Assembly: GCA_050298595.1 (NCBI GenBank)
Contig: JBNKUM010000101.1
Coordinates: forward strand, 96,001 to 160,000
Origin: Gammaproteobacteria bacterium
GTDB taxonomy: Bacteria; Pseudomonadota; Gammaproteobacteria; GCA-001735895
Direction: 5' to 3'
DNA length: 64,000 nt
The position numbers and the translations under genes are program-made. The notes beneath the pieces were generated by a model. The model did no database searches, was not told where the DNA came from, and saw only the letters and a program-made list of their open reading frames with translations. Of the stretch, positions 13,071-23,415 are shown piece after piece (positions within the stretch are counted from its first letter, which is position 1; every line of letters begins with the position of its first letter).

Positions 13071-13093
13071 TCACAATACTATCTTCACTCTAT

Positions 13094-13124
13094 ACGGGCG
13101 GGAACATACCGCCCGTTATTGTTT
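13094..13124 (+). terminator. Hairpin between rpmF and plsX
   Basis: acgggcgg-N7-ccgcccgt then tattgttt. Confidence 0.55.
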
Positions 13125-13141
13125 ATAGCGCCAAAAAAAAT

Positions 13142-14170
13142 ATGATAAAAAAGATTGCTATCGATGCGATGGGTGGTGACTTCGGTCCCTCTGTCACATT
13201 GCCAGCCGCTTATAAAGCGGTAACAGAATATTCTGACATTGAACTCGTTCTGGTCGGACAGCAGGAAAAACTGGAACAGGAGTTTAAAAAACTTGGATTG
13301 AAATCTGATTCCAGAATCAGCATTCACCATGCATCCGAAATTGTTACAATGGATGAATCCCCAGCTGTCGCGTTGAAGAAGAAAAAAGATTCTTCTATGC
13401 GAGTGGCTATCAACCTGGTCAAAGAGGGTGTTGTTGATGCCTGTATTAGTGCGGGCAATACCGGTGCCCTTATGGCTACCGGAAAGTTTGTATTAAAAAC
13501 TATACCCGGCATCAGTCGGCCAGCAATCTGTACTGCTTTACCTACTATTTCGGGTCATACCCACATGCTTGATCTAGGTGCAAATATCGATTGTACGCCT
13601 GAGCATTTATTACAGTTTGCAATAATGGGGTCAGTGTTGTGTGAGTCGGTCGATGAAAAAGAAAACCCCAGTATAGGTCTATTGAATATTGGTTCCGAAG
13701 CAATCAAGGGTAACGAGGTTGTGAAGCAGGCCAGTCAACTGATAGCTCAGACCAGTTTGAATTATAATGGCTTTATCGAAGGAGATGATATCTATACTGG
13801 TAAGGTTGATGTTGTGGTATCCGATGGTTTTGTAGGTAATGTTTCATTGAAAACAGCCGAAGGGCTTGCGTCAATGGTGACTACTGTTTTAAAACAGTCA
13901 TTCAAGAAAAACCTGTTCACTAAACTTGCCGCTCTGATTTCAATGCCGGTATTAAATACGGTAAAACACACGCTTGATCCGCGTCAATATAATGGTGCCA
14001 GTCTGCTGGGGTTAAATGGCATTGTTATTAAAAGCCACGGAAGTGCCGATGTGGATTCCTTCTTTAATGCCATCAAAATTGCCAGTATCGAAATCGACAA
14101 ATCAGTGCCAGAGCGCATTAATCAGAAAGTAGAACAATACCTGCCTGAGAAAGAGGAGAAGATTGCATGA
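13142..14170 (+). CDS. plsX: Phosphate acyltransferase PlsX
   Basis: [32 protein letters not shown]. Confidence 0.97.
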   Translation: MIKKIAIDAMGGDFGPSVTLPAAYKAVTEYSDIELVLVGQQEKLEQEFKKLGLKSDSRISIHHASEIVTMDESPAVALKKKKDSSMRVAINLVKEGVVDACISAGNTGALMATGKFVLKTIPGISRPAICTALPTISGHTHMLDLGANIDCTPEHLLQFAIMGSVLCESVDEKENPSIGLLNIGSEAIKGNEVVKQASQLIAQTSLNYNGFIEGDDIYTGKVDVVVSDGFVGNVSLKTAEGLASMVTTVLKQSFKKNLFTKLAALISMPVLNTVKHTLDPRQYNGASLLGLNGIVIKSHGSADVDSFFNAIKIASIEIDKSVPERINQKVEQYLPEKEEKIA

Positions 14171-15135
14171 CTTATGCTCGAATAACTGGAACTGGAAGCT
14201 ATTTGCCAGAGAAGGTTTTAACCAACTTTGATCTGGAAAAAATTGTTGATACGACTGACCAATGGATTCGTGAACGCACAGGTATTGAAAAACGTCACAT
14301 CGCTATAGATGGACAGAATACAGTCGATCTTGCTGAACGCGCTGCACGCAACGCGATTGAAGCTGCAGGATTAAAACCTCAGGATATTGATCTGATTGTT
14401 GTGGCAACTACAACTGCAGATAGAGTCTTCCCCAGTACTGCCTGTTTGTTGCAATCTCGTCTTGATATTCACGGCTGTGCAGCTTTCGATATACAGGCAG
14501 TGTGTACAGGGTTTATCTATGCACTAGGCGTAGCTGAAAAATTCATTAAAACAGGTAGTGCTAGTCGTGCACTGGTAGTAGGAGCCGAAACCTTTTCTCG
14601 TCTGCTTAACTGGAATGATCGTGGCACCTGTGTGTTATTTGGAGACGGTGCCGGTGCCGTGGTGCTGGAAGCGGACGAAGAAACCGGAATACTATCCGCC
14701 CATCTACATGCAGACGGTGACTATGAAGCCTTACTGCGCGTTCCTTACGGCCCATCTCAAGGCTTTGAGGTCATGAATGAAATTAATACCAAGGTTGAGA
14801 TGCGAGGCAACGAAGTGTTCAAAATGGCGGTAAATACATTAGGCCGAATCGTTGATGAAACCCTGCAAGCCAATGATCTTGAAAGAACCGATATCGACTG
14901 GTTAGTACCTCATCAGGCTAATTTACGCATCATACATGCCACTGCCAGAAAATTGAAGATGCCACTCGATAGAGTCGTAATAACTGTTCAGGAACAGGGT
15001 AACACCTCGGCTGCATCGGTTCCGCTTGCGCTGGATACAGCGGTACGCGATGGACGTATTAAAAAAGGTGAGATGTTATTACTCGAAGCCTTTGGAGGTG
15101 GATTTACCTGGGGTTCGGCCTTAGTCCGTTACTAA
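14167..15135 (+). CDS. fabH: Beta-ketoacyl-ACP synthase III
   Basis: Catalytic triad motifs AVCTGF, PHQAN, GNTSAAS. Confidence 0.97.
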   Translation: MTYARITGTGSYLPEKVLTNFDLEKIVDTTDQWIRERTGIEKRHIAIDGQNTVDLAERAARNAIEAAGLKPQDIDLIVVATTTADRVFPSTACLLQSRLDIHGCAAFDIQAVCTGFIYALGVAEKFIKTGSASRALVVGAETFSRLLNWNDRGTCVLFGDGAGAVVLEADEETGILSAHLHADGDYEALLRVPYGPSQGFEVMNEINTKVEMRGNEVFKMAVNTLGRIVDETLQANDLERTDIDWLVPHQANLRIIHATARKLKMPLDRVVITVQEQGNTSAASVPLALDTAVRDGRIKKGEMLLLEAFGGGFTWGSALVRY

Positions 15136-15162
15136 CTTTGTCTGGACTGTAAATTCAAATCC

Positions 15163-15636
15163 ATGGCATACGAAATAGAACGAAAATTTTTACTTGCCTC
15201 GGATACCTGGCGCGATCAGGTTTACCGCACTATCCATATCCAGCAGGCCTATCTGTGCAATACCGACAAAGCCTCATTAAGAATCCGCAGCACCGACGAT
15301 AAAGGCTATTTTAGCAGCAAGTCGATGACGAAAGACATTCGACGTCATGAGTTCGAATATGAAATACCTCTCTTTGATGCCGAATTTATGATCCTTCATA
15401 TGTGCCAGGGCAGTGCCATTAAAAAAGACAGGCATCTCGTTAAAATTGATCAGCATATCTGGGAAATCGATGAGTTTTATGGTGATAATGCGGGCCTTAT
15501 TGTCGCCGAAATCGAACTGGGACACGAGCAGGAGGCCTTCACTCGTCCTTCCTGGGCAGGGCAGGAGGTTTCCACTGATACCCGATATTTCAATATGTCT
15601 TTGGTCAATAATCCCTATAAAAATTGGACTACATGA
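15163..15636 (+). CDS. CYTH domain protein (inorganic triphosphatase-like)
   Basis: EIERKFL (ExExK), WEIDEF, AEIEL. Confidence 0.9.
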   Translation: MAYEIERKFLLASDTWRDQVYRTIHIQQAYLCNTDKASLRIRSTDDKGYFSSKSMTKDIRRHEFEYEIPLFDAEFMILHMCQGSAIKKDRHLVKIDQHIWEIDEFYGDNAGLIVAEIELGHEQEAFTRPSWAGQEVSTDTRYFNMSLVNNPYKNWTT

Positions 15637-15681
15637 AGTAAGGATTTCTGCTATAGTTGTAGGACACTTTGAGGCAGATAT

Positions 15682-16344
15682 ATGATTAACGTACTCCTGA
15701 CTGATGACCATGCCCTGGTCCGAACTGGTATCAAGCGACTTCTCGAAGATAGCAAGCAGATTAAGATTGTTGGCGAGGCTGATTGCGGTGAAGCCTGCAT
15801 CTCACTTGTTGCAGATCTAAAACCTGATGTTATTCTTATGGATGTTAATATGCCTGGTATGGGCGGTGTAGAAGCCTGTCGACGTATCCTGCAGCGTGAT
15901 CCCACGCAAAAAATTATCATTCTTACTATCCATACCGAGCAGACATTCCCCAAACGTCTTTTAGAAATCGGTGCGCGCGGTTACCTGACTAAAGAATGCG
16001 ATTCCAGTGAAATGTTGAATGCTATCAAACAGGTGCATATGGGGGGGTCTTATATTGAGCCTCGTATCGCCCAGCAACTGGCATTATCATTACTGCCCGG
16101 AAATGAAGAAAACCCGGTAGATCGGCTCTCCAGGCGAGAATTTCAGGTCATGCTGATGATCTCTCAGGGTTTAAGTAATAACGAAATTTCAGAGCGTTTG
16201 TGCCTTAGCCCCAAAACAGTCAGCACCTATCGCTCGCGCTTACTTGAAAAGCTGGGCGCGCATAATGAAGTCGATTTAATCCGTATCGCAGTAGAGCAGG
16301 GCATGGTTGATTTTGCACAGTCTGACTCTAGTCTCTCTGGCTGA
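15682..16344 (+). CDS. uvrY: UvrY/GacA/LetA family response regulator
   Basis: Receiver domain plus LuxR HTH (LSPKTVSTYR); immediately upstream of uvrC. Confidence 0.9.
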   Translation: MINVLLTDDHALVRTGIKRLLEDSKQIKIVGEADCGEACISLVADLKPDVILMDVNMPGMGGVEACRRILQRDPTQKIIILTIHTEQTFPKRLLEIGARGYLTKECDSSEMLNAIKQVHMGGSYIEPRIAQQLALSLLPGNEENPVDRLSRREFQVMLMISQGLSNNEISERLCLSPKTVSTYRSRLLEKLGAHNEVDLIRIAVEQGMVDFAQSDSSLSG

Positions 16345-16390
16345 ACCAATAAGCCCTGCGTGGCTGAATTAAAGTCGCCACAGATAATAA

Positions 16391-18235
16391 ATGGTTAATG
16401 AAAAAACAAATAATCAAGCAGATTTTGATGCTCAGACCTTCCTGAAATCTGTCAATAATCTGCCAGGCGTCTATCGCATGATCGATAGCAAAAAGCAGGT
16501 GATCTATGTCGGTAAGGCCAAAGACCTAAAGAAACGCCTCTCCAGTTATTTCCGTAAAACAGGCCTGTCTCCCAAGACTCAGTCCATGGTCAGGCATATC
16601 AAAGCCATAGAGGTGATTAATACGCGTACCGAAAGCGAAGCGTTAATCCTCGAAAATGATTTGATCAAAAATCTAAACCCACGCTATAACATCCTGTTTA
16701 GAGATGATAAAAGCTATCCTTATATTCAATTAACCAGACACGAATTCCCAAGACTTAAGGTCTATCGTGGCACAACGAATAGCCGTAAGGGGCAATTCTT
16801 TGGACCCTTCCCCAGTGTCGCAGCAATTCGCTATACTATTCAGCATTTACAGCGCATTTTCAAGCTACGTAACTGCGAAGATTCAGTGCTTAAAAATCGC
16901 AGTCGGCCTTGTCTGCAATATCAAATTAAACGTTGTACGGCCCCCTGTGTAAACAAGGTCAGCAAAGAAGAGTATCAGCAGCAAATCCATCAGGCAGAAC
17001 TCTTTCTTAAGGGACAAAATGAAACCCTGATATCAAACCATGTGGAACTCATGCAACAGGCATCGGCAAATCTTGAATTTGAAAAAGCCGCCGAATACCG
17101 AGATAACATCGAACAGCTGCGCAAGGTGAATGAAAAACAGTTTGTAACCGGGTTTAGTAGTAATCTGGATATCATCGCCTGTGTATTGCAACAGGAGTAC
17201 TGCTGCATACAGGTTTTCATGATCCGCAGCGGCACTTCGCTAGGCAACAAGCCTTTCTTTATTCGTATCAAGCTCGATTCCGAGCCCGCAGAAATCCTCG
17301 AAACCTTTCTGGTGCAGCATTATTCGCGTCATCCTGTACCTGGTGAGATAATCGTCAATCAGGAACTGGAAAATATACCATTGATGGAGCAAACCCTGTC
17401 CAGTTTCGCCAACAGCAAGGTGAGCGTAAAGAATCATGTACGCGAAAAACGCAAACACGCACTCGAAATGGCAGAGCGCAATGCCGTCGAATCCCTGCAG
17501 CGTCATCTGCAATCATCCACTAATTTAAACAAGCGCTACCAGTCATTGATCGAAGCGCTGAACCTGACTGAAGCGCCGCAACGTATGGAATGTTTTGATA
17601 TCAGCCACACTATGGGTGAGGCCACAAAAGCATCCTGCGTGGTATTCGGGCAGGAAGGCGCGATTAAATCCGATTATCGTATCTATAATATTCGCGATAT
17701 CACCGAAGGCGATGATTATGCCGCGATGCGACAGGTACTTACGCGCCGCTATGACAAACTCAAACATCAACCCGAGAATATGCCTGATGTGATCTTTATT
17801 GATGGCGGAAAAGGGCAGTTGCATAGTGCACTGGACGTGATGGAAATGCTTGAAGTTTTCGAAGCCAAGCCAGGGCTACGCGTGATCGGTATTGCCAAAG
17901 GAGCCGAACGCAGAGCAGGGTACGAAAGCATACTCGATGAAAACTATAACGAACTACGAATACCGATGGACTCGCCATCCTTATTACTGATCCAGCAAAT
18001 CCGCGATGAAGCGCACCGCTTTGCAATTACTGGGCACCGTAAGGCCAGAGGCAAAGCGCGTAGAACCTCCCGGCTGGAAGAAATACCCGGAATAGGGGCA
18101 AAGCGACGTCAGATGCTATTACAAAAATTTGGCGGCCTACAGGGAGTGAAATCAGCCGGAATTGAAGAGTTGATGCAGATAAAAGGGATAAATCGCGAGA
18201 CCGCGCAGATCATTTATGATACCTTTCACGGCTAG
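16391..18235 (+). CDS. uvrC: Excinuclease ABC subunit C
   Basis: GIY-YIG (PGVYRM..YVGKAK), ECFDISH, IDGGKGQ, RDEAHRFA, HhH. Confidence 0.98.
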   Translation: MVNEKTNNQADFDAQTFLKSVNNLPGVYRMIDSKKQVIYVGKAKDLKKRLSSYFRKTGLSPKTQSMVRHIKAIEVINTRTESEALILENDLIKNLNPRYNILFRDDKSYPYIQLTRHEFPRLKVYRGTTNSRKGQFFGPFPSVAAIRYTIQHLQRIFKLRNCEDSVLKNRSRPCLQYQIKRCTAPCVNKVSKEEYQQQIHQAELFLKGQNETLISNHVELMQQASANLEFEKAAEYRDNIEQLRKVNEKQFVTGFSSNLDIIACVLQQEYCCIQVFMIRSGTSLGNKPFFIRIKLDSEPAEILETFLVQHYSRHPVPGEIIVNQELENIPLMEQTLSSFANSKVSVKNHVREKRKHALEMAERNAVESLQRHLQSSTNLNKRYQSLIEALNLTEAPQRMECFDISHTMGEATKASCVVFGQEGAIKSDYRIYNIRDITEGDDYAAMRQVLTRRYDKLKHQPENMPDVIFIDGGKGQLHSALDVMEMLEVFEAKPGLRVIGIAKGAERRAGYESILDENYNELRIPMDSPSLLLIQQIRDEAHRFAITGHRKARGKARRTSRLEEIPGIGAKRRQMLLQKFGGLQGVKSAGIEELMQIKGINRETAQIIYDTFHG

Positions 18236-18241
18236 CAAACT

Positions 18242-18811
18242 TTGTCAATTATGAAGTTAACACTCCCCACTACGCTAACCTTATTCAGGATTATTCTAAT
18301 CCCGATATTTGTCCTGGTATTTTACCTGCCGACAAGTTGGGCGCATGCTGCTGCCGCTATTATTTATGCGGTTGCCAGCGTAACCGACTGGTTTGATGGA
18401 TATCTTGCACGAGTGTTAAATCAGGAGAGTGCCTTCGGGGCTTTTCTCGATCCGGTAGCAGATAAGCTGATGGTCGCGGTCGCGATCATACTGCTGGTAG
18501 AGGCAAATCCTGGCTTATTGATTGTAATACCCTCTATTATCATTATCAGCCGTGAGATCACCGTATCAGCACTTAGAGAATGGATGGCAGAGCTGGGCAG
18601 TAGAACCACCGTAAAAGTGAGTTTTGTTGGCAAGGCAAAAACCACTGCACAAATGTTTTCGCTATTTTTAATGATCTATCATCAGGAATTACTCGGCATA
18701 CCTATGTATGAAGTGGGCATGGCATTTTATTATCTGTCTGCAATCCTGACCATATACTCCATGATGATCTACCTGAAAGCCGCATGGCCAGTGATGCGTA
18801 GCAACGGGTAA
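18242..18811 (+). CDS. pgsA: CDP-diacylglycerol--glycerol-3-phosphate 3-phosphatidyltransferase
   Basis: TDWFDGYLAR...FGAFLDPVADK motif; follows uvrC; start may be ATG 18251. Confidence 0.95.
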   Translation: MSIMKLTLPTTLTLFRIILIPIFVLVFYLPTSWAHAAAAIIYAVASVTDWFDGYLARVLNQESAFGAFLDPVADKLMVAVAIILLVEANPGLLIVIPSIIIISREITVSALREWMAELGSRTTVKVSFVGKAKTTAQMFSLFLMIYHQELLGIPMYEVGMAFYYLSAILTIYSMMIYLKAAWPVMRSNG

Positions 18812-18930
18812 AAGAGACCCTGATTGTTTCTTGATTGTGAGAAATTTCAGTTGCAACAGAAATAATTCAAGCCCTGAGAACAGGTGTTAAGAAATCTTTA
18901 AAAAACATTGAGAAATAGGGTGATTACACC

Positions 18931-18958
18931 TTGACAGAAAAAGCTCAATGGCTAGAAT
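18931..18958 (+). promoter_or_regulatory. Stable-RNA promoter of the tRNA operon
   Basis: TTGACA-16-TAGAAT plus GC-rich discriminator 12 nt before tRNA-Gly. Confidence 0.75.
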
Positions 18959-18970
18959 ATCGCCTCTTTC

Positions 18971-19046
18971 GCGGGAATAGCTCAGCTGGTAGAGCACAAC
19001 CTTGCCAAGGTTGGGGTCGCGAGTTCGAATCTCGTTTCCCGCTCCA
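18971..19046 (+). tRNA. tRNA-Gly (GCC)
   Basis: Cloverleaf, anticodon loop ttGCCaa, TTCGAAT, encoded CCA; same order as E. coli pgsA-glyW-cysT-leuZ. Confidence 0.98.
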
Positions 19047-19052
19047 ATTTTA

Positions 19053-19078
19053 AGCCTCGTGATAATCGAGGCTTTTTG
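19053..19078 (+). terminator. Terminator-like hairpin after tRNA-Gly
   Basis: aagcctcg-tgataat-cgaggctt followed by T-run. Confidence 0.55.
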
Positions 19079-19115
19079 GTTTTAAAAGCGTTAAAATTAT
19101 CAAAGACATATCACT

Positions 19116-19189
19116 GGCTGGGTGGCAGAGTGGTTATGCAGCGGCCTGCAAAGCCGTGGACGGCGGTTCGATTCCGCCCTCAGCCTCCA
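19116..19189 (+). tRNA. tRNA-Cys (GCA)
   Basis: Acceptor GGCTGGG/CTCAGCC, anticodon ctGCAaa, discriminator U, CCA. Confidence 0.97.
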
Positions 19190-19398
19190 TATGTTATGTC
19201 ATTGTTAACCATTAAACGCTTTTATAGCATGTTGTCATTGTGAGCAAAGCGCGGCAATCTTTAGACGGTTGCCACTGCTAGCAAGCAATATCAATCATGA
19301 AGTCCACTCAGTACTGCCGGGGTGGCGTTGTGGTAGACAGTAGTTCTCCGAACTACCATGATATTCAATAAGGGCAATAGATTTACAAGCTACTCGAC

Positions 19399-19485
19399 GC
19401 CCGGGTGGCGAAATTGGTAGACGCAAGGGACTTAAAATCCCTCGGTGGAAACACCGTGCCGGTTCGACTCCGGCCCCGGGCACCA
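19399..19485 (+). tRNA. tRNA-Leu (TAA)
   Basis: 87 nt, anticodon ctTAAaa, long variable arm, CCA. Confidence 0.97.
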
Positions 19486-19913
19486 TTTGAAATCAATGAT
19501 TTATAGATTTTCCCTTCTTTTCTTATTTGACTGATGAAAGTCAGTGTAGGCAGTTCAATTCTAAAGATTTATTAATTTTTAATACACTTCTTACCAAGAT
19601 ATTTTGTGTTCCCTAAAATTGTATTCATATTTAAAAAAATATTTATAAGTAATTATCTTTAGACCATATATAAATCTTTACCTGAGATTTTAATAAAATT
19701 ACTCGACGTATTCTTTTATTAAATTATCAACCGGTTAAATAAAAAAATTATCAAGGAGGGGCAGTAACATGAATCAGTAAAATTCAACTGAAAAAATTTC
19801 TCCTCAGAAAAATTTGTGGGTAGTTTCTAGTACGAGTAAAGCTACAAGTGTATGGTACAGCGCGATTTGAGCAGCATAAAAGGTTCTAAATCCATAGGCT
19901 TTTCTGGTGGTTT

Positions 19914-19943
19914 CTCGTTCCCAAGCACTGTGTGGGAATGCAT
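19914..19943. repeat. REP-like palindrome
   Basis: ctcgttccca-agcactgtg-tgggaatgcat hairpin. Confidence 0.55.
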
Positions 19944-20018
19944 ATAGCATCTGACGAGTTTGGATTTCACACGCCTTGGCTTTCCTTGCTCCGTAGCATC
20001 TTTCTAAAAGACGTGCGA

Positions 20019-20202
20019 GTCACTTCTTTCCAACAGCTGAAAGAAGTAACCAAGAAAGCTGCCCTACGCAATCCCTTATCTCGTCAAAAGTAGGGTCAAA
20101 TCGCGGTCGGGTCAGACCCGTTCCCGACGCGGCTGTCTCTCAAATGGCATCCTTGCCATTTGACCCCGATTTGACCGTACTTTTACCGCGGGCTTGAAGG
20201 GA
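20019..20202. repeat. Multi-hairpin MITE-like element or structured ncRNA
   Basis: 12-bp hairpin at 20019-20050; 23-bp inverted repeat 20086-20108 / 20162-20184 (21/23) enclosing two further hairpins. Confidence 0.7.
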
Positions 20203-20215
20203 GAAAAAAGCGGAA

Positions 20216-20290
20216 AAACAAAATTGTCTGGAACAATATTGAACAGCTTCAACTGCCCCGAAGGGTGGAGGACAGGAAGTCCAGAATAAT
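20216..20290. repeat. Hairpin-rich intergenic repeat remnant
   Basis: caaaattgtc-tgga-acaatattg and ggac-aggaa-gtcc hairpins; resembles from memory a repeat often found beside gammaproteobacterial tRNA genes. Confidence 0.45.
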
Positions 20291-20519
20291 GACATCCCAA
20301 TTAAGTGGCCTGTGGCTCCATGAAAGTTGAGCCAAACTCTTCACCCCTAATTTTTGATCAAACATCTTTTGAACTCTAAGCATGACCAGTTGATTGCTTA
20401 CAAACTTTACCTTTTTGGAGAAAAGATTTTAATAGTAAAATTAACCGTTTAAGTAATTAAACAGTCCTGGTTTTAGATGATATTTTACTATAATCAATAA
20501 CTTAGTTACGACCGACCCG

Positions 20520-21245
20520 GTTTAGTCGAACGTCGAATGAAAAAAAGCACTGAATTTACTGGGGATCCCGGGCAGTTGTGAAAAAGCCAGAAAGACGATG
20601 AAAGAAGCTGGTGTTGCCGTTAAACACAGGATGAAATACAAGGTCACCACGAACAGTAATCATAAGCAACTTGTTTTCGATAACCTGTTACAGCGAGACT
20701 ATACCTCCGCCCAGGCGGATCAGGTCTATGCTGCAGATGTGACTTATATATGGACGCAGGACGGCTGGTTATACCGGGACGTTGTGATTGACCTGTTCTC
20801 GCGTAAAGTGGTGGGGTGGAGTATGAGTAGTCGAATGAAAGCACAGCTGATCTGTGATGCCCTGAAGATGGCAATATGGCGAAGACATCCAAAGCCTGGA
20901 CTGATCCACCATTCTGATCAAGGCAGTCAGTATGCCAGTCATGAATTTAGAACACTGCTCCAGATGAATGGGATACGGTGTAGCATGAGACGAAAAGGAG
21001 ACTGCTGGGACAATGCTGTAGTTGAAAGCAACATTGGCACCTTAAAACAGAAACAGGTGCACTGGAGGAACTATCAAACCCGTCTCTAAGCTCAGCAGGA
21101 TATATTGCAGTACATAGCCTTTTTTTATAATGGTTGCCGGTTACATTCGACACTAAATTAAGTCAGTCCGATTGAATATGAAAGACAATTTAATGAAATG
21201 AAAAAAGTAGCTTAACTGAGTGTACAAAAATGCTTGCCCACGTCA
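20520..21245 (+). pseudogene. IS3-family transposase OrfB remnant with right end
   Basis: ADVTYIWT, IHHSDQGSQYAS, GDCWDNAVVES rve motifs; 5' truncated; premature stop at 21089 with coding similarity continuing to ~21215; terminus ...gcttgcccacgtca. Confidence 0.88.
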
Positions 21246-21341
21246 CGGATCACTGGGTAAGAGAGCAATTGTTTAAGATGTTTTGATAGAAGGGCCGGAG
21301 CAGAAGAGATTTTAATTCCATAATGGTTGAGTTTTTGATGA

Positions 21342-21361
21342 GTCAAATGTAAGGCTGACCC
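21342..21361. repeat. RAYT-element right-end motif (solo)
   Basis: gtcaaatgtaaggctgaccc matches the reverse complement of the RAYT left end at 25506-25528 with one gap. Confidence 0.75.
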
Positions 21362-21724
21362 GAATGTTACTAAGTTAAGGTGTACTTCTATCTCAAAATC
21401 AACAGATTAACCCAAATGTGGTACCTTTTACACGCCAGGTTGCCACATACTAAATTTACTTAACTTAGTTGTCTTTCAAGGCTGATCTCGATTTTTATAC
21501 AATTTTTGTTTATTGTTATACGAGTAGGGAGTTTAAAAAGGGGGCATTATAATTCATAAAGCAATTGTTTTTATTGCTCTATGCACCATAATACTGAAAA
21601 TTTTTTCGCTACTTTTTGACAACTAGAGCAAAAAATGTAATAAATTGCTTCTACGGATATTTTGTTCGCTGTTGCTCTCTAATTTCTGTAGAGCGTGGTG
21701 TCATCCCCACATAGGAAAGTGAAA

Positions 21725-22270
21725 ATGAATAAATTCTCTCTTACTGCTTTGATGATGCTTCTGCAGTCGTCAATTGCATTCGCAAAGGATTGCAAGATTC
21801 CATATTCTGATAATCCAGATGTTACCTACTCCATAAATCCAGCTGTTATCGATAAGTGGAATCCTGATTTGAGTTATGCAATTAATCCCGATGTCACCTA
21901 TTCAATAAATCCAAATTTCACATATAAGTATAATCCTGACGTAACTTTCACAATTAATCCAGACCAGACTGTCAAACTGAATCCATTTATTAGCAAGTGG
22001 AATGGATATAATGTTTGCACACCAAAAGGAGAGTTTGTTGGTGCTAGCATTATAGCTAATGAAGATGTTATGGTTTTTTATATCGGTACGAACTGGATTG
22101 GCAATTTCATAACCAATAAAAAGAGCGGGTATAATTTTTTCAACCGGAAAAAGGAGTGGGAGGGATTTCTTGTGCCGACAAAATCTGCTGGATTTGCTTT
22201 TTTTAATCGTGAAAACAAATGGCTATTATCATTGACAAAGAAAAAACTATGGGCTCAGACCTCACGATAG
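21725..22270 (+). CDS. Secreted hypothetical protein with 8-aa NPxxxxxI repeats
   Basis: Signal peptide (MNKFSL...AFA); eight NP motifs at 8-residue spacing; ATG 21725 follows aggaaag. Confidence 0.75.
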   Translation: MNKFSLTALMMLLQSSIAFAKDCKIPYSDNPDVTYSINPAVIDKWNPDLSYAINPDVTYSINPNFTYKYNPDVTFTINPDQTVKLNPFISKWNGYNVCTPKGEFVGASIIANEDVMVFYIGTNWIGNFITNKKSGYNFFNRKKEWEGFLVPTKSAGFAFFNRENKWLLSLTKKKLWAQTSR

Positions 22271-22480
22271 ACACCATATTTTCGATTTGTTGATTTAGTG
22301 AATTTTCCAGAGCCAGGGATAAAAAATGGTCTGATCTCAGGAATTTGTGTCCAGCATCTCTCTTGGCAATATGGCGGGCACTATAAATTGGAGCAGGTTA
22401 AGGGGGGGTGTAGCAATGCAACGATAAGTCGGGCCGAATATGCTTATGTAACTCAGATGTAAAATGTTGGGCCTAACTCC
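22251..22480 (+). mobile_element. Internally deleted, non-autonomous copy of the RAYT element
   Basis: First ~100 bp align to 25506-25610 and last ~105 bp align to 26333-26443. Confidence 0.8.
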
Positions 22481-22649
22481 GAGGAACTAAAATCATTAAG
22501 ATTATTTTTTTATCCAGGATTTGTAAACCCTGGCTTTGTTCCGGGCCTGACGAGACTATGATCGACGACAATTAATATCCTTACACACCTTCCATTTTTT
22601 GTGGTCCATTAATACATTTCCTTATTGAAATATAGATTTCAAATGAATA

Positions 22650-22800
22650 GCTATGATTTTATTTTGGGTATGGTCGAGATGACTATGAATATCGTACGCT
22701 AAAAAGCTTATATGATTTTATTGTCTACGCGGTTTTGCTAATTGTAAGACAGCTGTATTTCATCTAAATTTAAGCGGTTGATATTATTCTTCGTGGTTGG
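22650..22800. repeat. ~140-bp direct repeat, copy 1
   Basis: gagatgactatgaatatcgtacgctaaaaagcttata...ttttgctaattgtaaga...catctaaattt recurs at 24778-24930. Confidence 0.85.
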
Positions 22801-23028
22801 AGTGTATATAATGGGGTCAAGTTTCAATTTTGAGGTGTCAAATAATATTCAAACTCCGTGTGACTCTCTTTCGCTACTCAAGGGAGAGATAAGAGAATTT
22901 TATAATAAATATGCTCCCTTTACATATCATGAGTGGGAATAAATAGAGAACAAGATGAAGCATATTAAGAATTTAGCGCAATTTAAGTATTACATTCTTC
23001 GCGCTGGACACATAATCACCTGTAAGGA

Positions 23029-23415
23029 GTGTATGCATTGAAATTATCACTACGCAGCATTGGTTTAGCTTCAGGTTTATTTTCTCTGCCATCGTTTTTT
23101 AATGAACACTATGCATTACCTGGCTACACATGCGATGGAAATAACAATTATATCAAATTCCCATATTTTTTATATGTAAATGGTACTGAAATTTTACAAA
23201 CAGATGATATTGATATTAAGGGCTACGAATTGATCAACCCTTTTAAACTAGATAAAGTTGAAAAAAATCAAAATAAAAACACCAACTTTAATAAAAGAAA
23301 GCTTTATGGCGACGAGAAAGGAGATGTTGAACTAAGCTCTTATCTCTTTGAAGGTGATTGCCACGGTAGTAGTTGTTCATTACAAGGGACCTTACATTCA
23401 ACGCTAACAAGTTGA
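23029..23415 (+). CDS. Hypothetical AT-rich protein, possibly decayed
   Basis: 128-aa ORF; aaggag RBS favours TTG 23038; no recognised motif. Confidence 0.4.
   Translation: MYALKLSLRSIGLASGLFSLPSFFNEHYALPGYTCDGNNNYIKFPYFLYVNGTEILQTDDIDIKGYELINPFKLDKVEKNQNKNTNFNKRKLYGDEKGDVELSSYLFEGDCHGSSCSLQGTLHSTLTS

Noticed and set aside
19295-19486. 63-aa minus-strand ORF
   Set aside because: Antisense translation of tRNA-Leu
20112-20300. 62-aa minus-strand ORF
   Set aside because: Reads through palindromic repeat elements; no RBS or protein motif
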